Shown: in pieces, positions 1-8,627 of the stretch | How positions within the stretch are numbered: position 1 is the stretch's first letter | How the letters are laid out: each line of letters begins with the position of its first letter | Source: a virus | Lineage: Duplodnaviria; Caudoviricetes | Virus record (IMG/VR): IMGVR_UViG_2773857812_000003 | Coordinates: 17,913 to 81,912 of that record | Direction: 5' to 3' (one strand) | DNA: 64,000 nucleotides | Position numbers and translations under genes: made by a program | Notes under the pieces: model-generated | What the model was told of the DNA's origin: nothing | Seen by the model: only the letters and a program-made list of their open reading frames with translations | Databases searched by the model: none

Positions 1-1467
1 CTTGCGCGGGTCGCTGTCGAAGACGAGGCCGGCTGCATCGGCCTTGGCCGCGAAACCGGCCCATTCCGCGAGGATTTCCTCCGGGTCGTATCCCCGCCGC
101 GCGATCTGTTGCGGCAGGGTCGAGAAGCCGGCGCGCACCTCCAGCAGGTCGGCCTGCACATCCTGCAGCGGGTTGACGCTTTCGAACTTCGGCGGCCCCC
201 ATTCCGCAGGGATCTCGACGCCATCCGGCAGCAGGCCCTGCGACTGTGCCTCCTTGATGAACCAGCGCCAGATCGGCTCGCAGAACATCGGGATCACGGT
301 CTGCCACTGGATCTGCTCGACCATGCGTCGGAACTCGTTCAGGCCGGCGCGGGTGGACGAGAAGTTGGCCTGCGACAGATCGCCGGTCATCATCGCATAG
401 GGCACCCGGAAGCCGGCGGCGATGATGTGAAGCTGCGTCCGGTGCCACTCGTATACGCCGGCCGTCGAGGCCGGCTGGTTGAACTTGATGTCCTTGCCGC
501 CGCGGGCATAGGCGATCAGGCCCGGCTCGAACTGCTCGACCCGGTTGCCCATCCCGTCCTCGATCACCGGGGCGATGGATTGCTGATCCTCATCGGCGCC
601 AAAAACGATGCCGACCAGACAGGCTTCGGTCTTCTTGCGCACCAGTTCGGCGGTCTGCCAGTCATCGACATCGCGGATCGCCCGCATGGCCGGGGTGCCC
701 CATGGGACGCCCCGGCTTTGCACCCGCTGGCGCTCGAACAGATGCGCCACGTCCTGCGCCCTGAGGCGCACCGATTCCAGGCGGTGGTTGACCATGGGGT
801 CGTTGTGACCGGGATGGTCCGGAAACATCCAGTAGGCGATGCGCCGGCCGTCCCGGTCGGTTTCGATCCCCTGGCTGATCCGGGAACCATCGGCGCGGTT
901 GTCGAAGCGCGCGGCGTCGAGGTGATCGGCCTCGCGCAGTTCGATGCGCAGACGCAGATCACGCGCGTGCGCGCCGCGACGATAGCGGGCCACCGCGAAG
1001 ACCTCGCCACCCTCGATCATCTCGCGCACGGCGAGGCAAAGAACCCCATGAAAATCCGTGTGCCCATGATCGTCGCAACGGCTGGCCCAGCGCCGCCACA
1101 GATCATCGACCTGTCTGTTCAGCGCCGGATCGGGGGTCGCGGCGCGGGGGCGGATGCCGGTGCCGACGATATTGTTGACCAGCACCTGCACCGCCTGCGC
1201 GGCGATGGGGTTGTTGCGCACCAGATCGCGCATGCGGTCGCGCAGCGTGGCCCCGGCAGCGGCGATTTCCGCATCCGCCGCCGTTCCACCGGCTTTCCAG
1301 CCCGCCGTTGCACGCCCCTTTGAGGCGGCCTCATAGCCGCGCCGCAGGTTTGATATCGCCACCCGCGCGGCATAGCGCCGGGCGGCAGAGCGTGGCGAAA
1401 CCACCGACAAGGCAGCATCCATCAGGCCCCAGCGCACGTCCGGGGTGATCTCCTTCGGTCCTGCCAT
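1..1467 (-). CDS. Phage portal protein, lambda gpB family (C-terminus outside the window)
   Basis: Own translation from ATG 1467: MAGPKEITPDVRWGLMD...LRDRMRDLVRNNPIAAQAVQVLVNNIVGTGIRP. Lies directly downstream of gpW and TerL. Confidence 0.88.
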   Translation of the reverse strand, partial: MAGPKEITPDVRWGLMDAALSVVSPRSAARRYAARVAISNLRRGYEAASKGRATAGWKAGGTAADAEIAAAGATLRDRMRDLVRNNPIAAQAVQVLVNNIVGTGIRPRAATPDPALNRQVDDLWRRWASRCDDHGHTDFHGVLCLAVREMIEGGEVFAVARYRRGAHARDLRLRIELREADHLDAARFDNRADGSRISQGIETDRDGRRIAYWMFPDHPGHNDPMVNHRLESVRLRAQDVAHLFERQRVQSRGVPWGTPAMRAIRDVDDWQTAELVRKKTEACLVGIVFGADEDQQSIAPVIEDGMGNRVEQFEPGLIAYARGGKDIKFNQPASTAGVYEWHRTQLHIIAAGFRVPYAMMTGDLSQANFSSTRAGLNEFRRMVEQIQWQTVIPMFCEPIWRWFIKEAQSQGLLPDGVEIPAEWGPPKFESVNPLQDVQADLLEVRAGFSTLPQQIARRGYDPEEILAEWAGFAAKADAAGLVFDSDPRK

Positions 1468-1469
1468 GG

Positions 1470-1673
1470 TCAGCCCCTATGGAAACCGGCAAAGCCCGCC
1501 ACCGGCAGCGGCCGGCCCGATCCCGCCGCCATCTCGCCCTCGATGGTGCGGATGCGGCTCAGCAGATCGGCGGCCGAGCCGTATTCAAGGGTCTTTCCAT
1601 CATAGCTGACCCGCAGGGTGCCCGAGGCATAGGCCCGGCGCAGCGCGTCAAGTTCACTCTCGGTCCAGGCCAT
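1470..1673 (-). CDS. Head-tail joining protein, lambda gpW-like
   Basis: 67 aa with LRVSYDGKTLEYGSAADL, between TerL and portal; paralogous to 48988-49203. Confidence 0.85.
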   Translation of the reverse strand: MAWTESELDALRRAYASGTLRVSYDGKTLEYGSAADLLSRIRTIEGEMAAGSGRPLPVAGFAGFHRG

Positions 1674-3658
1674 CAGAACCAGCTTCCTCTTTGTCTCTTG
1701 CCCAGCCAGCCCGACGGGCGGGGCGGCGGCGGTTTCAACGGTTGACGATGCGGTTGCCCGGCCGGGCGCGCATCACTCGTGCCGGGCATGAGCTGTGCGC
1801 GCAGATCGTCCCATTTGGCGCCGTCCCAGCGGTCCATGCCCATCAGCCAGGCGCAGGCGCGGGCATAGACCCGGCAGTCCAGCGCCTCGTTGCGGTCGCG
1901 GGTCTGCTGCCATTCCAGCTTCTGGAACCCCTGCCGGGTCTTGATGGTCATCAGCTGCTCGGCGGTCAGTTGCTTGGTCCATTCCGCGGTAGTGCCCTTC
2001 GGGATATGCACGAAACCGGCGGGCCAGCCGCTGCCGTCGGCGATGTCCTCGTCTGTCGGCGCGACAAGCCGCAGAAGACGATAGGTCTCGGATTTGAACA
2101 CTGCGCCTGCGACCTTCCACAGCCGCACCCCGCGCCGGAACTTGCGCCCGCCCTCGGTCACATCGACATAGCTCGGGCCGTCCACCGGGGTGGAGCGGTC
2201 AAAGCCGCCGACACCCTTGATCGCGATCACCTGGCCGTGCCCCATCTTCCGGCACCAGCCATAGACCGCATCCGTGGTCGCGCCGTCGCCGGTGTCGATG
2301 GCCATCCGGGCCAGCGCCATGCGCGCGCCGCCAGCATGGGGCCAGGTCTCGGCCAGAAACCCGGTCAGATCGTCCCAGACCTCCTCGCGCGCCGTGTCGC
2401 CTTCCAGCACCACATGATCGACCAGCCAGGACTCGAGGTTCTCGCCCCAGCCCCAGACGTCTATCTCGATCCGGTCGCGCTGCACATCCGCGCCTGCCGT
2501 CAGGATCAACGCGCGCTGCGGCACCTCGCCCAGATGCCAATCCTCGCGCCGCTCGTAGAGGCGCTGCCAGTCCGGGGCCTCGCCGCGTTCCTGCCAGGTC
2601 TCGCCCAGCACGGTGTTCTTCAGGGTCTTCAGCGCGGCCTCGTTGCCGACCGCCTGCTCCCAATCCTGCGCGATCTTGGACCAGCTCAGCCAGCCCAGCG
2701 GCGAATAAAGGCCGCTGATATGAAACCCGACGATCCCCGCCGCCCGCGCCCGCTCCAGCATCTCCGGCTCGGCGGTCGGCAGCCATGTCGCGCCATTCGC
2801 CTCGTCCATCATCTCGGTCTTGTGGCGCTCCGAGATCGGTTCCTCGCAATGCTCGCAGACATAACGCGCGGTTTCCGGGCGGCCCGGCTGCCAGCGCAGG
2901 CGTTCGAACTTCAGCCATTGCAGGGCGCCGCAATGCGGACAGGGAACATGGTATCGCTGCTGATCCGACAGCTCGTATTCCCGCTCGATGCGCGAGAGGC
3001 CCTTCACGGTCGGGGTCGAGGCCAGAAACAGCTTGCTTCGATGCCCGAAGCTGATCGTGCGCGCCTCGGCCAGCGCGATGGGATCGCCCTCGCCATCGAG
3101 ATCGCCCGGATAGGCATCCACCTCATCGAGAAACACCCAGCGCGCCGGCATCGAGCGCAGGCCGACGGCGCTGTTCGCGCCGGTCAGGATCAACTGCCCA
3201 CCCGGAAACCGCTTGCCGAGAATGGTATTGCCGCTGTCCTTGGACCGCGACGGCATCACCAGTGCCCGCAGTTCCGGGCTTTCCTCGATCAGCGGGTCGA
3301 TGCGCTGCTGCGACAGGCGCTTGGCCAGATCGACGGTCGGCTGGACCGCCAGAAACGGCCCCGGCGCCCGGTGGATGCAGAAGCCGACCCAGTTGTTGCC
3401 GCCTTCGGTCGCGCCCACCTGCGCGGCCTTCTGGAACACCACCCGTCGCGCCGGACTGGCCGGCGACAGCGCATCCATGATCCCGCGCATGAAGGGCGTG
3501 CGCGCGGTGCGATAGGGACCGGCCTCGCTTGCCGCGCGCGAGGACAGGATCCGGTGCCGATCCGCCCATTGGCTGACCGTCAGCGCCGGGTCCGGCGCCA
3601 GACCGGCCAGCCAGGCATTTCGGATATCCTCGGCGCCCTCGAAATCAGCCAGCGCCAC
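1673..3658 (-). CDS. Terminase large subunit, lambda GpA family
   Basis: KAAQVGATE Walker A, FLDEVDAYP Walker B, CPHC/CEHC zinc motif, RNEALDCRVYA. Probable GTG start at 3658. Confidence 0.95.
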   Translation of the reverse strand: MALADFEGAEDIRNAWLAGLAPDPALTVSQWADRHRILSSRAASEAGPYRTARTPFMRGIMDALSPASPARRVVFQKAAQVGATEGGNNWVGFCIHRAPGPFLAVQPTVDLAKRLSQQRIDPLIEESPELRALVMPSRSKDSGNTILGKRFPGGQLILTGANSAVGLRSMPARWVFLDEVDAYPGDLDGEGDPIALAEARTISFGHRSKLFLASTPTVKGLSRIEREYELSDQQRYHVPCPHCGALQWLKFERLRWQPGRPETARYVCEHCEEPISERHKTEMMDEANGATWLPTAEPEMLERARAAGIVGFHISGLYSPLGWLSWSKIAQDWEQAVGNEAALKTLKNTVLGETWQERGEAPDWQRLYERREDWHLGEVPQRALILTAGADVQRDRIEIDVWGWGENLESWLVDHVVLEGDTAREEVWDDLTGFLAETWPHAGGARMALARMAIDTGDGATTDAVYGWCRKMGHGQVIAIKGVGGFDRSTPVDGPSYVDVTEGGRKFRRGVRLWKVAGAVFKSETYRLLRLVAPTDEDIADGSGWPAGFVHIPKGTTAEWTKQLTAEQLMTIKTRQGFQKLEWQQTRDRNEALDCRVYARACAWLMGMDRWDGAKWDDLRAQLMPGTSDARPAGQPHRQPLKPPPPRPSGWLGKRQRGSWF

Positions 3659-3833
3659 GGATCGTCTCCCCTCGCGCCTGCCGGATCGCGCAGAGAACCG
3701 CCCCGGCCCCTTCCTCATCCGCATCGCGTTGCTCGCGGGCCTTCCTCGCCCTGAGCCGCATCATTGTCCTGTCGATCAGCAGGCCGAACGCCTGCCGGCG
3801 CCGCGCCTCGGCGCGCCATTCATCGTAAGTCAA
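3645..3833 (-). CDS. Small hypothetical protein between TerS and TerL
   Basis: 62-aa ORF that fills the gap and overlaps each neighbour by 14 nt. Confidence 0.5.
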   Translation of the reverse strand: MTYDEWRAEARRRQAFGLLIDRTMMRLRARKAREQRDADEEGAGAVLCAIRQARGETIRGAG

Positions 3834-4425
3834 TCTTCACCTCCGCAAGATCGGCCAGGTGCTGGCGCAGGTAATTGTCCAGAACCTGCTCCATCCGATG
3901 GGCATCGACGCCCAGATCGGCGGCCATGTTGGCGGCCACACGGGCCGGCCAGTTCTGCCAGGCGTCGCGTTCGCGCCGGGCCAGATCGAAGACCATGGTG
4001 GTGGTGCGCGCCCGGTCCACCAGCTCGCCCTTCATCCTGGCGAGCTTGACCTTGGCGGTCTGCGCCTTCAGCACCTCATTGGCCATCCGCGCACGCAGGA
4101 ACGACACCTCGCCGCCCGCGCCGGGATCGGGATCGGCGCCGGCCTCGCGCAGGGTCTCGCCGACCGACTCGATGGCGGCCCGCGGCACCGGCCTGGTCGC
4201 GGCGCTTGCGCGCGCGGTGCCGGCCGCCGTGGCGGTCCCCAGCGCCCGCGCATGCGCGCCGCGCTGCTTGGCCGGGTCGGTCTGCGCGTCCCATTGCCGG
4301 TCGGCCGTCACCGGATCGATGCTGCCATCGGCCTCAAGACTGATGCGCCCCGAAGAGATCGCCTTGCCCACCGCCGTGTGGCTGACGCCGCGATGCGCCG
4401 CATATTGACGGCGCGACATGCCCAT
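3820..4425 (-). CDS. Terminase small subunit (Nu1-like, N-terminal HTH)
   Basis: MGMSRRQYAAHRGVSHTAVGKAI HTH and GELVDR...ARRERDAW coiled region; upstream of TerL. Confidence 0.8.
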   Translation of the reverse strand: MGMSRRQYAAHRGVSHTAVGKAISSGRISLEADGSIDPVTADRQWDAQTDPAKQRGAHARALGTATAAGTARASAATRPVPRAAIESVGETLREAGADPDPGAGGEVSFLRARMANEVLKAQTAKVKLARMKGELVDRARTTTMVFDLARRERDAWQNWPARVAANMAADLGVDAHRMEQVLDNYLRQHLADLAEVKIDLR

Positions 4426-4471
4426 TCCGCGTGACCCTTCCTGCTCGTGCCCGAGCAGCCGGGACGATTAT

Positions 4472-4526
4472 ATAAAGCAATGATATTGCTGCGATTATGC
4501 TACACTTCCGGCCTGTGGTGAGCGAT
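4472..4526 (+). promoter_or_regulatory. Putative promoter/operator of the counter-oriented mini-operon
   Basis: ATAAAGCAATGATATTGC-N30-GAGCGAT; same 18-mer and spacing at 37063-37117, related copy at ~51766-51830. Confidence 0.55.
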
Positions 4527-4572
4527 TCTGATGGCACGAAAACGATGCAGTTCAGACGCCGGAGAGCCCCCC

Positions 4573-4794
4573 ATGACCATGGCCATCACCACCATCAGGA
4601 TCGACTATGCCAGCCTGCCCGACGGCTTCGATCAGAGCCGCAAGGATGCCGTCGCCGAGGCGATCGAGAGCCAGCTGCGCGACAGCGGCATCAAAGCCGA
4701 TGCCTCGGATGTCATCTCGCATCTGAAGATCGAACTACCGACCTGCGGACTCGCCGCAGCCGCCACCGTGCTGGCCGATCTCGGCCTGATCTGA
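4573..4794 (+). CDS. Conserved small prophage protein
   Basis: GGAG RBS then MTMAITTIRIDY; close homolog at 51855-52076. Confidence 0.8.
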   Translation: MTMAITTIRIDYASLPDGFDQSRKDAVAEAIESQLRDSGIKADASDVISHLKIELPTCGLAAAATVLADLGLI

Positions 4795-4816
4795 GCGAGA
4801 AAAGGAGGCCTGCGCC

Positions 4817-5044
4817 ATGACCATCACCCCCCGCAGCAACCGTGATGCCGCGCTCACCGCCTTTCTCGGCAAGAAAGCCGAGATCGACACCATGCTCGCC
4901 CGCCTCGCCGCTCTGAGCGACGATCATTTCAACGCCAGCCCAGACGCGGTGAACTGGGGCCATGTCGGCACGCTGGAGCATTATGCCAGCCTGCTGCGCC
5001 AGATCACCGACAGCGCTTTTGGCGAAGGGGAGCATGCGCGATGA
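4817..5044 (+). CDS. Conserved small prophage protein
   Basis: AGGAGG RBS; AEIDTMLARL...DHF...VNWGHVGTLEHYA; homolog at 52086-52313. Confidence 0.85.
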   Translation: MTITPRSNRDAALTAFLGKKAEIDTMLARLAALSDDHFNASPDAVNWGHVGTLEHYASLLRQITDSAFGEGEHAR

Positions 5045-5610
5045 TCCCGCTTTCCGAAATCCAGAGCCTGATCCTCAGCCGCGCGGCCGCGCGCCCCGGC
5101 AATCTGGCGCTTCCCTTGCCTGACGGCCTGCGCGGCGGTGCCGCCGCCAAGGTGGTGGAGGCGCTGCTCGCCAAGGGCCTCGTCGAGGAGGTCGAGGCCA
5201 ATATTCGCCGTAGCGAGCCGCTCTGGCGCGAGACCGGCGATGGTCATGGCACCACGCTGCTTGCCACCGAGGCCGGGCTTTGCGCCGTCGGCATCGAGCC
5301 GCTGGTGGCGGGCGCCGTCGCCGGGGCAAGGCGCGGGCGGATGGAGCGGGATGCGATTGAACCGACAGCTTCTGCCGCCGCGTCTGCCTCCCCGGCGATC
5401 CGCGCCGACACCAAGCAGGCGGCGTTGATCGCGCTCCTGCAGCGGCCCGAGGGCGCGAGTGTTGCCGAGGCGGCTGCCGCGTTTTCGTGGCAACCGCACA
5501 CCGTGCGCGGGGCTATTTCCGGTGCCCTGAAAAAGCGGCTCGGGCTGGTCATTGCCGCAGAGAAAATCGACGGGCGCGGGACCGTTTACCGCATTGCCAC
5601 GGAGGGCTGA
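5041..5610 (+). CDS. DUF3489-like winged-helix protein
   Basis: C-terminal TKQAALIALLQRPEGAS...WQPHTVRGAISGALKKRLGL...RGTVYRI; homolog at 52540-53109. Confidence 0.85.
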   Translation: MIPLSEIQSLILSRAAARPGNLALPLPDGLRGGAAAKVVEALLAKGLVEEVEANIRRSEPLWRETGDGHGTTLLATEAGLCAVGIEPLVAGAVAGARRGRMERDAIEPTASAAASASPAIRADTKQAALIALLQRPEGASVAEAAAAFSWQPHTVRGAISGALKKRLGLVIAAEKIDGRGTVYRIATEG

Positions 5611-5613
5611 GCG

Positions 5614-5979
5614 ATGATTTCCTTCAATTGCCTGCCGGAGCACGAGACCTTGGGCGAATTCGCCCGGCGCGAATGCGTTGAGAGCATCGACATCCGGTTC
5701 TGCCGCAACGATGCGGAAGCGGGCGCCGGTGAGACATTCATCGCCACCTGCGCACCGGCAGGGGCCGAGTTCGCCACCATCTACGGCATCACCGATCTGG
5801 GCGAGGCCCGCGCCATCCATGATGTCGATCTCGACGCAGCAGGGGCCGATGAACTGGCAGCCGCCTGCCGGGCGCTGTTCGTGGCGATTCTTGCCGCGCG
5901 GCGCGATCCGCCTGACGCGGCCCAGCGCCATCAGGCGGAACAGGACGCCATCAGTGCCCTGAGCTCGCCCATGGACTGA
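5614..5979 (+). CDS. Hypothetical protein
   Basis: ATG 3 nt after the DUF3489 stop; plausible 121-aa product. Confidence 0.7.
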   Translation: MISFNCLPEHETLGEFARRECVESIDIRFCRNDAEAGAGETFIATCAPAGAEFATIYGITDLGEARAIHDVDLDAAGADELAAACRALFVAILAARRDPPDAAQRHQAEQDAISALSSPMD

Positions 5980-6041
5980 CACAGGCCATCGTCTGTCATA
6001 TGGTCGCAAACCTGATGCGGGTCGGGGCAATGCGCCGATCC

Positions 6042-6266
6042 TCAACGCACTGCCTGTTGGCGGATCGCCTCGAACAGCCGCCGCAGGGCAAAGGAGCGGA
6101 TCAGCGACAGGCCGGTGAAGATCGCGCCGATGGCGAGATGCTGCGCCGGTGCGGCGTGAAACCCGAACAGCGGGAACACCAGTACCTGCGCCGTGATCGC
6201 GACCCAGAAGCCGACGGCGACGTTGGCGATAGCCTCGACCATTGACATGGTGCGCGACTGTTTCAT
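6042..6266 (-). CDS. Small two-TM membrane protein downstream of the MTases
   Basis: MKQSRTMSMVEAIANVAVGFWVA...; ATGA overlap with the MTase stop. Confidence 0.75.
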   Translation of the reverse strand: MKQSRTMSMVEAIANVAVGFWVAITAQVLVFPLFGFHAAPAQHLAIGAIFTGLSLIRSFALRRLFEAIRQQAVR

Positions 6267-7621
6267 ACCGCCAGTTCCTTGCGCAGTCGGGCCACGGCCT
6301 CGAAGCTCTCGCCGGATTCGGCATGGGTGACGGTATTGCCGGTCATCAACTGCCAGCGGCGCACCGCGACGTCGCAATAGGCCGGATCCAGCTCCATCCC
6401 GAAACATCTGCGCCCGAGGGCGGTGGCCGCGATCAGTTGCGACCCGGAGCCGGTGAAGGGCTCGTAAAGCAGATCACCCGGATCGCTCCAGGCGGCGATC
6501 ATCTCCTCGGCCAGCCTGACCGGGAACACCGCCGGATGCGCGCCGCCGGCAATGGCACCCTTGTGGCGCATCACCCGGATCACGCTGTCGGGGATGCGAT
6601 GGCTCTGGATCGCGTTGCCGGCGCCGTGCTTGGCGCTCACCGTGCCATCGGCCGCGCGCAACCCGCCGCCGCCCAGCACCTCGCCGGCATGCTTGCTCTC
6701 CACCGTCTTGTTCGGCCGCCGTGGCACCCGATTGAAATGGAAGACGAACTCATGCGCCGGGGCATAGCGCCCGTTCCAGTCGCCGGGCAGGCCGGGCCCC
6801 TGATCCCAGACATACCAGCCGAAGCGGCGCCAGCCCTGCGCCCGCATCCACTGGATCCAGCCATCCCAATAGGGGATCCATTCGCTGTCACGATGCACCA
6901 GCCCGAGATTGACCAGCAGCTGCGCGTCCCCGGTCACCGGGGCTGCCGCGAACACGCCCTGCATCAGCCGGTCCCAATCGCTGACCTGCTCCTTCGCCGC
7001 GCCATAGTCGCGCTGCTGGCCATAGGGCGGCGAGGTGAAGAGGAGCGTGGCGCGTTGTCCGTCCATCAGCCCCGCGACCGCCGCTGCATCGGTGCTGTCG
7101 CCGCACATCAGCCGGTGATCGCCAAGGATCCAGATGTCGCCGGGGCGAGTGACGGGATCCTCGGGCAGGTCGGGGATGTTTTCCTCTTCTTCTTCCGCAT
7201 CGGCGCCGAAACCTGATGCCTCGGCGTCTCCGAGCAGATCAGCCAGCTCGTCATCCGAGAACCCGACCAGATCGATGTCGAACCCGTCCGCGCGGATCAG
7301 TTCGATCTGCTCGAGCAGGATCTCGGTGTCCCAGCCAGCGTTCAACGCGATCTTGTTGTCCGCGACAACCAGCGCACGGCGCTGCGCTGCGTTCAGATGC
7401 GCCAGCCGGATCACCGGCACCTCGGCCAACCCGAGGCGCTGCGCCGCCATCAACCGCCCGTGGCCGGCGATGATGACCCCATCCGCGCCGATCAGGATCG
7501 GATTGGTGAAGCCGAACTCGGCAATCGAGGCGGCGATCTGCGCGATCTGATCCGGCGAATGGGTGCGGGCATTGCGGGTGTAGGGGATCAGGTTGTCGAC
7601 CGCGATCAGCTCGATCTGCAT
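6263..7621 (-). CDS. ParB-domain N6A/N4C DNA methyltransferase (TSPPY type)
   Basis: N-terminal ParB/Srx motif IAGHGRL; TSPPY, HPAVFP and EPFTGSGS motifs. Confidence 0.92.
   Translation of the reverse strand: MQIELIAVDNLIPYTRNARTHSPDQIAQIAASIAEFGFTNPILIGADGVIIAGHGRLMAAQRLGLAEVPVIRLAHLNAAQRRALVVADNKIALNAGWDTEILLEQIELIRADGFDIDLVGFSDDELADLLGDAEASGFGADAEEEEENIPDLPEDPVTRPGDIWILGDHRLMCGDSTDAAAVAGLMDGQRATLLFTSPPYGQQRDYGAAKEQVSDWDRLMQGVFAAAPVTGDAQLLVNLGLVHRDSEWIPYWDGWIQWMRAQGWRRFGWYVWDQGPGLPGDWNGRYAPAHEFVFHFNRVPRRPNKTVESKHAGEVLGGGGLRAADGTVSAKHGAGNAIQSHRIPDSVIRVMRHKGAIAGGAHPAVFPVRLAEEMIAAWSDPGDLLYEPFTGSGSQLIAATALGRRCFGMELDPAYCDVAVRRWQLMTGNTVTHAESGESFEAVARLRKELAV
7248..7406. repeat. 159-bp near-identical repeat with 9574-9732 (ParB domains of the two MTases)
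   Basis: Direct comparison shows 3 mismatches in 159 bp. Confidence 0.9.
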
Positions 7622-8619
7622 CACGCGGCCTCACCTATCGGCCAGCAATTCAGATGCGAGAGTTCTGAGCGCATGCGCCGCAACCAGGGGGACCACGCCG
7701 TTGCCACAGAGGCGAAGCCGGTCCACCCGGTGGGCCAGCCCATCAGCGCCTCGACGAATGCTGGGTTCAGCGTCCGGGGCGTTTCGCAGGTATCGTCGCC
7801 AGCCAGCGGTGTCACAAGGACCTGGCGGCCAAGCAAGCCGTTCACCGGCGTGTTCGCCAATGTGCTCGCCCCGTCCTTGTGGTCGCGCGCCGTCGGCGTC
7901 ATCCACAGCGCGCCCGCGTGGGTCAGATCGGCCGCCCTGCGGTTGCCCGCACTCGGTTTGCTGCCATCCATGGCCATCGGCGTGGGCCAGAGGCGCAGCA
8001 TTTCCGTCCGGTTGCCGCCGCTCGAGCGGATCCCGGAGCAGGCGCGCGGGGTCGGCCAGCTCGTCGCCCTCGCGGATGGCGAGGATGAACAGCCGCTCGC
8101 GCCGATGGGGCGCACCGACTTCCGCCGCCGTGAAGAGGCCTGCCGTAAGCCTGTAGCCCAGGCCGACCAGTCCGCTGGCGACTTCGGGGAAACCGAGGCG
8201 GAGATGATGGGCGACATTTTCGAGGAAGACGAAGGGCGGTTTGATTTCGCCGATGATGCGGGCGACATGGGGCCAGAGGTGGCGGGGATCGTCCGCGCCC
8301 CGGCGCTTGCCCGCCACGCTGAACGGCTGGCACGGATATCCGGCAGTGACGATATCCACCGCGCCGCGCCATGGGCGGCCGTCGAAGCTGGCAATATCGT
8401 CCCAGAGAGGCGCTGGATCCAGGGCCGCATCTTCCATCCGCGCCACGAGCACGGCCGCCGCGAAGGCGTCCCGCTCGACGTAACCCACAGTTCGATAGCC
8501 GGGGACGGCGAGGGTGATTCCCAGCTCGAGCCCGCCCGCGCCGGAGCACAGCGACAGGCCGAAGAGACATGCGTCTGCGGCTCCGGCAGGCAGGCCGGGG
8601 GAAGATACAACCAGGTCAT
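7621..8619 (-). CDS. Overlapping alternative-frame protein carrying a C5-MTase motif IX-like segment (beta-type chain)
   Basis: Open across the whole MTase gene; three W(P/M)TP repeats and RTLNPAFVEALMGWPTGWT; its TGA overlaps the next ATG (TGATG). Confidence 0.7.
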   Translation of the reverse strand: MTWLYLPPACLPEPQTHVSSACRCAPARAGSSWESPSPSPAIELWVTSSGTPSRRPCSWRGWKMRPWIQRLSGTILPASTAAHGAARWISSLPDIRASRSAWRASAGARTIPATSGPMSPASSAKSNRPSSSSKMSPIISASVSPKSPADWSAWATGLRQASSRRRKSVRPIGASGCSSSPSARATSWPTPRACSGIRSSGGNRTEMLRLWPTPMAMDGSKPSAGNRRAADLTHAGALWMTPTARDHKDGASTLANTPVNGLLGRQVLVTPLAGDDTCETPRTLNPAFVEALMGWPTGWTGFASVATAWSPWLRRMRSELSHLNCWPIGEAA

Positions 8620-8623
8620 GCAT
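7631..8623 (-). CDS. DNA cytosine-5 methyltransferase (alpha-type chain, no motif IX)
   Basis: Motif I LCSGAGG, IV GYPCQPFS, VI ENV, VIII HRRERLF, X GNGVV. ATG at 8623. Confidence 0.9.
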   Translation of the reverse strand: MHDLVVSSPGLPAGAADACLFGLSLCSGAGGLELGITLAVPGYRTVGYVERDAFAAAVLVARMEDAALDPAPLWDDIASFDGRPWRGAVDIVTAGYPCQPFSVAGKRRGADDPRHLWPHVARIIGEIKPPFVFLENVAHHLRLGFPEVASGLVGLGYRLTAGLFTAAEVGAPHRRERLFILAIREGDELADPARLLRDPLERRQPDGNAAPLAHADGHGWQQTECGQPQGGRSDPRGRAVDDADGARPQGRGEHIGEHAGERLAWPPGPCDTAGWRRYLRNAPDAEPSIRRGADGLAHRVDRLRLCGNGVVPLVAAHALRTLASELLADR

Positions 8624-8627
8624 GGCC

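Noticed and set aside
109-3754. Long plus-strand ORFs (404 and 687 aa) and similar ones, e.g. 15161-17656, 39070-41451, 47815-49230, 49467-51056
   Set aside because: Antisense shadows of well-supported genes in GC-rich DNA, with no motifs of their own. The 7621-8619 frame differs in being same-strand and motif-bearing.
7631-8623. C5 MTase as a frameshifted pseudogene
   Set aside because: Both frames are open end to end and motif X returns in frame A, which one frameshift cannot explain.
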